Below, piece after piece: positions 1 to 10,461 of a stretch of 64,000 nt of DNA. Source of the stretch: Rebecca billardiae RCC1528 (lineage: Eukaryota > Protista > Haptophyta); NCBI GenBank assembly GCA_965240325.2, contig OZ251251.1, positions 1-64,000 on the forward strand, read 5' to 3'. The position numbers were made by a program, and so were the translations under genes. The notes below the pieces were generated by a model. It saw nothing but the letters and a program-made list of their open reading frames with translations. It made no database searches and was not told the DNA's origin. The number at the start of each line of letters is the position of its first letter. Positions within the stretch are counted from its first letter, which is position 1.

Positions 1-299
1 TGTGGAGCTCCACGCCAGCAGCTTCCTGGCGTGTGCTTTGCATCTGGCCACTCAGCAGCACTCTGCGGGCGCCGCCGCGCGCGTGGAGCGCTCCGCTTGA
101 GCGTGGCGCCGTCGCGGCAGCCTCGGTGCAGCATGAGCGCGCGCGACTGAACGCGGGCTCACACGTCCCAAAGCGCGAGAGCAGTGCCATCGGCAGCCGT
201 AATGCGTGCGCTGCTCGGCGCTGCTGCTGCGCACTGCGCTCACACTCTGGGTGGGGGGGCCGCCCTCACCGCATGCGGGGATGCCCTGGCGGCCGCTGG

Positions 300-1130
300 A
301 TGGATCGGCGGCCTCTAGACGCGTTCTAGCCGACCGAGCCGACCCCCTCGACGGTCAGCCACGCCACCAGTTAGAGCGGACGCCGCCTCGCCGCGAACGG
401 AGGCCTCACACGCACCGCCGCGCGGTCGCAGCGCCCAACCACCACCCGCGAGCCGAGCGCGCGAGCGCCGCGGTGCGAACCAGCAGTGCGCCAAAGCGAG
501 TTAAGGCGCCGGGTGGATGCGCCTCTAGAGACGCGTTCCGACCGACCGAGCCGACCCCCTCGACGGTCAGCCACGCCGCTTGTCAGAGCGAACGCCGCCT
601 CGCCGCGAACGGAGGCCTCACGCGCACGGCCGCGCGGTCGCAGCGCCCAACCACCGCCCGCGAGCCGACCGCGCGAGCGCCGCGCCGCGAATCATCAGTG
701 CAGCAAAGCGAGTCGAGGCGCCGGGTGGATCCGCCTCAAAAGACGCGTTCCGACCGGCCCAGCCGAACCCCTCGACGGTCAGCCACGCCGCTTGTCAGAG
801 CGGACGCCGCCTCGCGCCGCGATCTGAGGCCTCACGCGCATGGCCGCGCGGTCGCAGCAATCGACCACCGCTGTCGAGTCGCAGCACGGGCGCGCCGCGC
901 TGCGAATAGTCAGTGCACCAAAGCGAGTTAAGGCGCCGGGTGGATGCGCCTCTAGAGACGCGTTCCGACCGACCGAGTCGACCCAGTCGACGGCCAGCCA
1001 TGCAGCGAGTTAGAGCAGCTTATTCCGCATCGCCGTCAGCTGAAGGCTCACGCGAACCGCCGCGTACGCGCGCCAGCCACCACAGCCGGCTAGCCGACCG
1101 TGGGCGCGCGCCGCGCTGCGAACCGGCGCG
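300..1130. repeat. Tandem satellite, ~212-215 bp unit, about 4 copies (last degenerate)
   Basis: Anchor GACGCGTTC..CCGACCGAGCCGACCCC(C)TCGACGGTCAGCCACGCC recurs at 318, 530, 742 and 957 (periods 212, 212, 215). The rest of the unit (GAGGCCTCACGCGCA, CAAAGCGAGTTAAGGCGCCGGGTGGAT) is also conserved. Confidence 0.9.
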
Positions 1131-2782
1131 CTCGGGCGGGATAACGCGTGTGGACACGCCCGACAGACGTCCCGATAACCACGCGCCACGGCAAGGGACG
1201 GCCGCTCTCCCTCGAAGCGAGGCGCGTGCGCGAGCAGCGGCACCCAGCAGGGTGCGCAGCGCGGCCGTGATGGTGCGCACCAGAGGCAGTTCGGACGAGG
1301 TGGAGGATGGGGGCGCCGGGGCGGGGGCAGGCTGGGCTGGTGCGCTGCTCCAGACACTGCCGCGACGCGCTCGCGCCACGCGCCGCCGACCTAGCATGCG
1401 CTGCGGTCGCTCGGTTTGCTCGCGGCCCAACCCACGTGCTGCCATCGCCTGCCATCGCGCCCACTGGCGGCACGGCCGGTGGCGGCCACGCGCGCGCTGC
1501 CGCCGACGCAGCGTCGGTGCGGCCTCGACAGGTCGAATCTGGGGCGGGCGCGGGCAGCCCGTGCGGGCGCGCGCGAGAACGCCGCGGGGCGCCACGCCTC
1601 GATCTCGGTTGCGCCGCCGCGTGCGGCGCCCAGGTCCGACGAGCTGACCAGCCGAGCCGCACGGCGTCGCGAGCTCGCCGGCTGCGCCAGTCTCTGTCCT
1701 GCAGCCGCCGCCAGAGCCTGGCTCGTAGTCGTCGCGTGCGCCCTCGCGCGAGCAGCCCGTTGGGCTCTCCGCTTCGCGCTCGGCTGGACCGCCGCGTGCT
1801 GCGCCGCGGTTCCTCGTCGCACCTTGCCAGCCGGAAGGCAGAGGCCAGCAGCTGTCAAGTGGTCGGAGCACTCAGCGCAGGCAGCGAGCGGCAACTGCGG
1901 CTACTTATGGCGGCGGCGGGCGCGGGCGCGGGTGATGGCTGCTTGGCTAGACGACGCGCACGATGCAGCCAAGGCTCGCTAGCAGACGCTCGCCACCGCT
2001 GACGACCAGCGATGGTCACGCTCAAAGGGGCTCGTCTCGGCCGCGCCCAGCGGCGACGCAGTGGGCGCGTACGCGGGGCGGCAGTGCGCAGAGAGCTTGC
2101 TGCGCTCACGCGGAGTGCCGGGCCTGGTCGCCGCAGCGGCTGCCGCTCACTACGCGCACCAGGTGCAGGTTGGGCGAGGAGTAAGATGGGGGGCCGGGGC
2201 GGGGGCAGCTTCGACCCAGGCCTTGGGACGGCTGCACGCCCTCAGAGCTCCCTGCCGCGCGGCCCGCCTCTGGGGCGCTGGCTTTGCGTCCGAGCCCACT
2301 CAGCACTACTAGGCTTCAGCAGCACTCAGCGGGCGCCAAGCCCGAGCTGCGGCGCGGCCACGGCGGCCCTGGTGCGGCGGCAGCGCGCACAGCGTGACGC
2401 GGGCTCACACACACAAGCCCCACTGCGCGAGAGCCGCGCCTAACCGGCAGCCGCGACGCGCTGCTCGGCGCGGCTGCCTGGCTACGCTCCAGCCGCCTGA
2501 CTATAGGCCGCCCTTGCTGCCAGCGGGGATGCCCTCGCTCCGGGGCGTGGCCCGTTCACGACCCGCCACCAATTCGGCCGTCCAAGTGGCGCTCGACTGC
2601 CTGCACACAAACAGCATGCCGAGTGCTGCGCCACTGGCCTAGCCAGCCAGAATAAAGTCGGCGCGATCGTCGGAGTAGTACTGTAATCTCAGACGCTCTC
2701 GCGGGCCCGGCCCGCCCGCGGCGCGGTCACGGCCCGACGGCCCTAGCTATACCGATTGATGGGTGATCGATGCCTGCTCCTC

Positions 2783-3138
2783 CTACTGCTGCTCAGCCGG
2801 GCGGCGCGGCGGCGGCGCGCCGGGCTGCGGCGGCTGCGCGCTGGGCGGCAGCGCGCGCTGCGCCTGCTGCTGCTGCGCCTGCTGCTGCGCGGCGCGCGCC
2901 GCCTGCGCCTGCTGCACGGCCGCGGCCGCGGCGAGCATCGCCGCCTGCTGCTGCTGCTGCGGCCCGCCGGCTGGCTGCCCGGCCGCCTTGGCCGCGGCGA
3001 GCCGCTCGGCGAGCGCCTGCTGCTGCCGATGCGCCGCGAGCGCGTGCTGCTGCTGCTGCTGCTGCTGCGCCTGCTGCGCCGCGCTCAGCGCGGCGCCGCC
3101 CTTGGCCGCGGCGGCCGCGGCGTGCGCGGCCTGCTGCG

Positions 3139-3209
<71 letters not shown>

Positions 3210-3703
3210 GCGGCGCGCAGCTGCCCCACCGCCGCGGCCGCCTGCTGCTGCTGCTGCTGCTGCTGCTGCGCCGCCTGCGCGCGCAGCTGCGCCGCGGCCG
3301 CGGCGGCGCGCGCCTGCGCCTGCGCCGCCGCCTCGCTCGCCGGGTCGGCGGCGGCGGAGGACGAGGGCGGCAGCGCGCCGGGCGGGCGGGCGTGCTGCAT
3401 CGCCTGCGCGCGCTCGAGCAGCAGCTGCTGCTGCTGCTGCGCCGACAGCGCCGTGCCGTCGCCGCGCCGGCTCGCCGCCGCCGCCTGCTGCTGCGCCGCC
3501 GCGCGCATCGCCGCGAGCTGCTGCTGCGCCGTGACCGCCGCCATCGCGCCCGACGTGCCGCCCACGCCCGGCGCGAGCGGCGGCGGGCCCGCGCGCCCCG
3601 CGCCGGCGTCGAGCGCGGCGCGCTGCGCGGCGTAGAGCTGCTGCGCCGCGCTGAGCGCGGGCGGCGGCGGCCGCCGCGCCACGCCGCCGCCCTCCGCCAC
3701 CGA

Positions 3704-3755
<52 letters not shown>

Positions 3756-4215
3756 GCGGCGGCGCCGCCGCCCGGCGGCGGCTGCGGCGGCGCCATGCCC
3801 GCCGACGTGCCCGGCTGCTGCTGCTGCGGCGGCGGCGGCGGCGGCTGCTGCGACGTGGGCGGCTGCGGCTGCGCGCTGGGCGTGGGCGGCTGCGAGTGCG
3901 TCGGCGGCCGCGCCTTGCCGCCCGCGCCGCCGCCCTTGGGCGCGCGCCCCTTGCCGCCGCCGCCCGCCGCCTGCGCGCCGCCGCCCTTGGCCTTCTTGCC
4001 GCACGCGCGCGCGGCGCCGGCCGCGCCGGCCGCGCCGGCCGCGCCGGCCGCGCCGCCGCCGCCGCCGGCCGCGCCCGCGCCCGCGCCGCCGGCCGCGCCG
4101 CCGGCCGCGCCGCCGCCGCCGCCGGCGCCGCCGCCGGCGCCGGCGCCGCCGCCGGCGCCGCCGGGCGCGCCGTCCGCCGCCGACGAGCGCGCGCCGTCGC
4201 CGCCCGCGCGGCGCG

Positions 4216-4263
<48 letters not shown>

Positions 4264-6300
4264 TCTCCGGGTGCGCGAGCAGCGCGAGCGGCAGCAGCGG
4301 CTCCTCGCTCCAGCCCACGCCCGCGTCCGACGCGTCCGCGAGCGCGCCGAGCCGCGCCTGCGCCGCCGCCTGCCGCTCCGACTCGCGCGCCGACGGCAGC
4401 CGCGCGCCCGCGCCCGCGGACGCCTGCGCGGACGCGGGCGGCGGCGGCGGCTTGGGCGCGGGCTTGGGCGCCGCGCCGCCGCCCGCCGCCGGCTGCGCCG
4501 CGCCCGCCGCCGCCGCCGCGCCCGCCGCGGGCTCGGCGGACGCGCGCGCGCGGTACGCCGCCGCCTCCTTGCGCGCGACCTCTGCGAACGCGCGCGCAAA
4601 CGGCGCGGACGCGCAGTGCGGCGGCAGCACGAGGTGGAAGCGGCGCGCGCCGTCGAGGCTCGCCGCGATCGGCAGCGGCGGCGGCGGCGGCGGCTCGCCC
4701 TCGGCGGGCGGCGGCGGCGGCCGGTTGCCCGGCGCCACCTCGTCCGCGTACGACAGCACGGCGAGCGCGCGGCAGCCGTCGTGCAGCAGAGGCGTGTCCT
4801 GCGCGCCCGCGCCCTCCGGCCCGCCGGCCGGGTGGGTGAGCGTGACGGGCACCTGCTCGAGCTGGTGCGCGAGCTGCACCTCCGCGCCGCCGTCGCCGTC
4901 GCCGCCGAGCGCGAGGCCCGCGGGCGCGGTCGGCTCGCAGTGCGCGAGGCCGAGGCGGAGCGCGCCGCCGCCGAGCCCGCGCGAGCCGACGCCCGACGGC
5001 GCGCCCACGCCGCAGCCCGCCGCGTGCGCGAGCGCCTCGTCGGCGGGCTCGGCGCTGGGCGGCGGCAGCTGCAGCGCGGCCGCGACGTGGTGGTGCGACG
5101 CGACCGCCACCGCCTGCACCGCCGCGGCCGTCGCGGCGAGCTGCGCGGCGGGCCCCCCCTGCGGCGGCGGCGGCGGCGGCGCGCCCGCGCGCGCCGCCGC
5201 CGCCTGCTGCGCCTGCTGCGCCGCCTGCGCCTGCGCGCGCGCCTGCTGCTGCTGCAGCAGCTGCGCGTGCTTGGCGAGCACCGCGTCGCGCCGCGCGCCG
5301 CGCGCCACGCGCTCGAGCGCGTACCGCCACGGCTCGACCGGCGGCACGACGCGCAGGTTGTGCGCGTACCCGCACAGCCGCACGCCCACCGAGGCGGGCG
5401 GCGCCGACCAGAGGCGCGAGGGCATGAGGAAGCGGCGGCCCGTCGCGCCGTCCGCGGGGCGCGGCGGCGGGTGCACGCCCGGCGCGCGCCGCTGCAGCTC
5501 CGCGTCGTGCGCCGCCGAGACGGCGAGCGGGTCCACCCGCCCGAAGCGCGCCGCCAGCTGCTGCTCGGCAAGCGCGCCCGCGATCGCGGGCGGCCGCGGC
5601 GCGGGCGAGCCGGGCGGCCCCTCGCGCGCCGCCTGCAGCTGCATCTTGTAGTGCGCGATGGCCTGCGGCGCGTGCCGCTCCGCGTACGAGCGCTTCTGCG
5701 CGACCGCGCCCTTGAGCTCCGCCCAGTGCTCGCGCGTGCGCTTGGCCTGCGCGCGCGGGCGCGCGGACGCGCGGGCGCGCGGGCGGGCGCACGCACGCGG
5801 AGGGAGCGGCGGCGGCGCGTGAGCCGAGAGCCCGCGATGCGCGCGGGCGCGCGCGCCGCGCGCGCGCGCGCGCGCGCCTGCACGATGTGCGTGCGCAGCA
5901 GCGCCAGCTGCCGCTCGCGCGCGCCCACGCCGCCGCCCGCGGCCGAGGGCGGCGGCGGCGAGGCGGCGGCGGCCGCGGCGGCGGCGGCGGCCGCCGCGGC
6001 CGCGGCCGCCGCCGAGCCCTTGCCGCCGCGCGGCGTGGGCGGCCCGCCGCCGCCGCCCGCGGCGGGCGCGGCGCCCGGGCCGTGCGCCTCGCGCCACGCG
6101 GCCAGCTCGGCCAGCCACGCCGCCGCCTCGCCGCCGCCGCCCCCGAGCCCGCCGCCGCCCCCCTTGGCGCCGCCGCCGCCGCCGCCCGCGGCCGCATGCC
6201 GGCAGCCGCCAAACGCGGCGAGGGACAGCCCGCCCGGCACGCCGTGCGAGGCGGTGAGGGACGCGGCGGAGGCGCGCGCGCGCTCGAGCGAGCGCGGCGC

Positions 6301-6331
<31 letters not shown>

Positions 6332-6928
6332 CGACCCTCCGAGTGCGTGTCGGAGTGGCCGGCGGCGCGCTCGGCGGCGGCGGCGGCGGCGGCGGCGGCG
6401 CGCCCGCCCGCCGCGTCGCGCGCGGCCGCGCGCGCGACGGCGCGCGCCGCGTCCGCGCGCGCCGCCGCCGCCGCGCGGCGCTTGCCGCCCGACGGCCGGC
6501 CGGCGCCCGCGCCGCCGGCCGCGCGCCCGCCCGGCGGCGGCGGCGCGGACGCGCCGGCGGCCGCCGCCGCCGCGGCCGCGGCCGTCGGCGCGGCGGCGGC
6601 GGCGGCGGCGGTGGCGCCCGCGGCGGCGCGCGCCGCGGCGGCGCGCGCCGCCGCGGCGCCCGCCGCCGCGCGCGACGGCTCGGCCGCCGCCAGCGCGTCC
6701 GCGCGCGCCGCGTGCGCGAGCGGCGCGCGCGCGAGCGCGCCGCGCCGCGCCGCGTGCGCGTACGCGGCCGCGTGCAGCGCCGCGCCCGCCGCGGCGCGCG
6801 GCGCGAGGCACACCGGCGGGAGCGCGGGCGCGGACGCGGCGGGCGCGCCCGCCTCGGCCAGCGCCGCCGCGGCGAGCGCGCGCGCCTCGCGCTCGAGCTC
6901 GTCGCACCCGCCCTCCGCCTCCTCCTCC

Positions 6929-6979
<51 letters not shown>

Positions 6980-7226
6980 CCGAGCAGCGCGCGCTCGAGC
7001 GCGAGCGTGAGCGACACGCGGCGGCGCGAGCGCGGCGGCGGCGGCGGCTCGGCGGCGGGCGCGGCGGCGTGCGCCGCCGCCTCGAGGCGGCCGATGGCGG
7101 AGTGCAGCTCGGGCAGCGCGGCGCAGGCCCACCACGCGCGGTGCCCCGCCGCCGAGCCGCCGCCGTGCTGCGCGCACGCGCGCACGCAGTGCCGCTGCAC
7201 GAGCGGCGCGGCGCCGCCCGCGCACA

Positions 7227-7259
<33 letters not shown>

Positions 7260-8220
7260 GGCCCGCGGCCGCGGCGGCGGCGCGCGGCGGCGCGTGCGCG
7301 CGCGCGCCAGGCTGCTTGGCGCCGGGCGCGTCGGGCGGCGCGGCGGCGTGCGCGCCGATGCGCGAGACGATCGCCACCTCGAGCGGCGAGGGCAGCGGCG
7401 ACGGCGCCGGCGCGCCGCCCGCCGCGGCGGGCGCGCCCCCGTGCGCGGGCGGCATCGAGTGGCGCGCGTGCGCGTGCACCCGCTGCAGCTGCCGCACGAG
7501 GTCGACCGGGTACATGCCCACCTGCAGCGCCCAGAGCGCGCGCTTGTTCGCCGGCGTGAAGCCGAAGCGCAGCGCCGCCGTCGCCGCCGCCTCCGCGCGC
7601 CGCGCCGCCAGCGCCGCGCTCGGCGGCTCCGCCCCGCCGCCGCCCCCGTCCGCGCGCGCCTCAGGCTCGGCCGCCGCCGCGCCGCTGGCTGCTGGGCCTG
7701 CAGGCTGCTCCTCGAGCGCGACGGTGAAGAGGTGGTCGTAGAGCGAGACGCGCAGCCGCTTGGACGGCCGGGCGGACTCGCCGCCGGGCGCGCCCGCGGG
7801 CGCGGCGGCGGGCGCGGCGGCGGGCGGCGGCGCGCGCGGCGCGGGCGCGGGCGCGGCGGCGGCGGCGGGCGCGGCGGCGGGCGGCGCGGCGGCGGGCGGC
7901 CTGGGCGGCGGCGCGGCGGCCGGCTTCGCCGCGCCGCCGACCCCGCCGCCGACCCCGCCCAGCGGCGCGCGCGCGAGCGCGGCCGCGCGCGCGCGGCGGC
8001 GCGCGACGAGCGCGCGCGCGACGCGCCTGCCGTCGAGCGCGGGCGCGAGCTCGGCCGCGGCGGCGGGGGCGGCGGGCTTGGCGTGGCGGCGCGGGGGGAG
8101 GCCGAAGCGGACGGCGGGGCGCTGCGCGCCGCCGAGCGCGTCCGCCGCCGCCGGCGCGCCCGGCGGCGGCGGCGTCGTCGGCTCGGCGGCGGGCGCCGCC
8201 TGCGGCTCCGCCGCGGCCAT
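2783..8220 (-). CDS. Large Q/A/G-rich nuclear protein, probably Spt20 (SAGA subunit)-like; 2 exons (8220-5878, 5746-2783)
   Basis: ATG at 8220 (MAAAEPQ). GC-AG intron 5877-5747 joins ...LLRTHIVQ|AKRTREHWAELK in frame. Motifs FGFTPANKRALWALQVGMYPVDLVRQL and LTLALERALL...PPVCLAP resemble Spt20-domain motifs (F.Y....FL..I..G.IP.DL; LE.E..LL...PLCL.P). PolyQ C-terminus. Confidence 0.6.
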
Positions 8221-8487
8221 CAAGCCAGCCAGTGGCAGCAAGCAGCAGCGCCGCGCGCCGCTCGAGCGCCTCGACGCGCGAGCAGAGAGCGGCCGGCCGG
8301 CCAAACGCACGATGGCGGCCGCCACCCCATGGGATCGATGTCGTTACTTGCGCGCCGAAGCCAGCAGCTCTGCTCGGCAGCAGGGTGGCGCCGCGCGCCC
8401 ACAGCACACCCGCCGAGAGGAGGGCCGCCCGCGCACGGCCGGGGCGCAGGCAGGCGCAGCCGCCGCCGCCGCCGCCGCCGCCGCAGC

Positions 8488-10215
8488 ATGGCGGGGATGA
8501 ACTCGACCTCCCCGCGCTTCCCGCGCGACCCCGTCATCATCGGCCGCGTCCTCGGCCCCGAGACGTACGACCCGCGCGCCAAGCCGGGCGTGCAGCTGTA
8601 CGAGCCCGAGAAGAAGTCGCAGCCGTTCGCGTCGGCGACGCAGCGCTTCCCGCGCGGCGCGTCGGCGTACGAGCAGTCGCTCGGCCCGGGCTCGTACAAG
8701 CCCAACTACAACGCGGCGATCTCGCACTCGGGCCTCATCGCCGTGCACGACCACGGGCGGCAGTCGGCGCCGTTTGCGTCCAAGCTCGATCGCTTCAACG
8801 CGCTCGGCGTGGGCAAGGGGCCCGAGGCGACGCCGCCGCCGTACTTCGACCCGGCGCGCGAGTCGGACAAGTGGCGCGTGCAGCCCTCCCTCGCCGCCGC
8901 GTGGGGCCGCGCCAAGCGCTGGGACGCCAAGCACCTGCGGCCGTACCCGCACCGCCCGGACTACTACAACGTGGACGTCTCGACGGCGGTGCCGCGCATG
9001 GCGGTGCTCACGCCGCTCACGCACGACTACGTGGGGGAGCAGCGGCGGTACCGCGAGCTGGAGGCGAACGGGCTGCTCGACGAGGCCGGCCGCCCGCTCT
9101 CCGCCAAGAAGCGCCCCGACGGCTCCGCAGCCCCGCCCGCCCTCGACTATTCGTTCCAGGAGCTGCACAGCCTGGCGCAGCTGCTCAGCGAGGCGCCGGT
9201 GGAGGACGTCGCGGGGCGGCTGCCGCCGATGGTGACGCTGCCGCGCGCGGAGGCGGCGGAGGCGCAGCCCGCGCCGGGGCGCGCCACCTCCGCCGCCGCG
9301 CGCGCCGCCGCCGCCGCCGCCGCCGCCAACGGCCCCGCCGCCGCCGCCGCCGCCGCCGCCGCGTCTGGCGCAGACGAGGAGGGCGCCCAGGCAGAAGCGG
9401 AGGAGCGGCGCTGGGTGGCGAGCGCGCTGCGGCTGGACAACAACGCGCTGAGCACGGTGGAGGAGCTGCCCGACGTGCTGCCGGTGCGCGCGCGCGCGCG
9501 CGCGCCCGCGCCGCCGCACCATCCCCCCTTTCGCCCGCCCCCCCGCGCGCGCGCGTCTCCCCGTCGCCGCGCGCGCTCACGGCCTCGGCGTGTGTGCGCG
9601 CTGTGCTGTGCGCGCGCGCTGTGTGCTGTGTGCGCGCTCGCAGCGGCTCGTGCTCTCGTGCGACAAGGTGGTGCGGCTCGACCTCGCGTCGAACCGGATC
9701 GTCACGCTCGGCGGCGCGCTCCTCTGCACGCCGCACCTCGTCTCCCTCCGCCTCCACGACAACGCCATCGCCGACCTCGCAGAGCTGCGCTCATTGCTCG
9801 CGCTGCCCGAGCTGCGCGCGCTCACGGCGCACGGCAACCCGCTGGCGGAGGGGACGGCGCAGTACCGGCTGCTGCTGCTCGCCGCGCTGCCGCAGCTGCG
9901 CACGCTGGACACGTCCACCGTCACCGGTGCGCGCGCGCGCGCGCGCGGCGCGCCCCCGCGCGCCCCCACGCCACCGCCTGCCCCCGCGCGCTCACCCGGC
10001 CGCCGCCCCGCCCGACCCGCCCCCCGTCGGGCGCCGCCCTCCGCCTCCGCCCCGCAGAGCGCGAGCGCCAGGCGCGCGACGCGCTGGGCAGCTCGGCGGC
10101 GGGGCGCAAGGCGCTCAAGCCGCTGTACGCCGCGCACAAGGCGATGATGGCGGCGCGGACCGCCGCGGCCGAGGCCGCCGCCGAGCAGTCGCAGCGCAGC
10201 CGGCGAGCGGCATAG
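8488..10215 (+). CDS. LRRC51: Ciliary-type protein: N-terminal SHIPPO/STPG (PGPGxY-type) repeats fused to an LRRC51-like leucine-rich-repeat domain; 3 exons (8488-9483, 9644-9926, 10058-10215)
   Basis: LGPETYDP, PFASATQRF, LGPGSYKP and PFASKLDRF repeats. Then PALDYSFQELHSL..L.SEAP, LRLDNNAL, LDLASNRI, LRLHDNAIADL, LTAHGNPL and YRL..L..LPQLRTLDTSTVT, as in LRRC51/SDS22-type LRR with LRRcap. GT-AG introns 9484-9643 and 9927-10057 keep frame. Confidence 0.75.
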   Translation: MAGMNSTSPRFPRDPVIIGRVLGPETYDPRAKPGVQLYEPEKKSQPFASATQRFPRGASAYEQSLGPGSYKPNYNAAISHSGLIAVHDHGRQSAPFASKLDRFNALGVGKGPEATPPPYFDPARESDKWRVQPSLAAAWGRAKRWDAKHLRPYPHRPDYYNVDVSTAVPRMAVLTPLTHDYVGEQRRYRELEANGLLDEAGRPLSAKKRPDGSAAPPALDYSFQELHSLAQLLSEAPVEDVAGRLPPMVTLPRAEAAEAQPAPGRATSAAARAAAAAAAANGPAAAAAAAAASGADEEGAQAEAEERRWVASALRLDNNALSTVEELPDVLPVRARARAPAPPHHPPFRPPPRARASPRRRARSRPRRVCALCCARALCAVCALAAARALVRQGGAARPRVEPDRHARRRAPLHAAPRLPPPPRQRHRRPRRAALIARAARAARAHGARQPAGGGDGAVPAAAARRAAAAAHAGHVHRHRCARARARRAPARPHATACPRALTRPPPRPTRPPSGAALRLRPAERERQARDALGSSAAGRKALKPLYAAHKAMMAARTAAAEAAAEQSQRSRRAA

Positions 10216-10461
10216 GGCATAGGTCGGCGTGCGCAGCGACTCGTCAGCACGACGGATCATCAGATAATCGGTTGCTCATCGCCCAGTCGGCTGCTGCCGA
10301 AAAGAACTGTTACAAAACGGGCAGCATCACCATCTAGACAAAGCGGATCTTTTCTACGTACCCGCATTCAAATAAAGCCGTTCACCGGTGGCGGCGCAGC
10401 GGCGCTGACGTTATCGTCCGGCGCATCTCGGGGGAGGCGCAGCAGCAAGCGGGGCGCAGCC

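Noticed and set aside
300-1130. CRISPR array
   Set aside because: Whole 212-bp units are homologous with no unique spacers; eukaryotic context; no cas genes.
1200-2750. Short ORFs between the satellite and the first gene
   Set aside because: No motifs, no consistent coding-like frame and no supportable splice model.
2756-8325. Multiple overlapping 1300-1700 aa ORFs on both strands (also at 20-24 kb and 43-47 kb)
   Set aside because: Shadow frames: extreme GC and GCN/CGN repeats deplete stop codons. Their Arg/Cys-rich translations lack motifs, and only one spliced frame per locus is protein-like.
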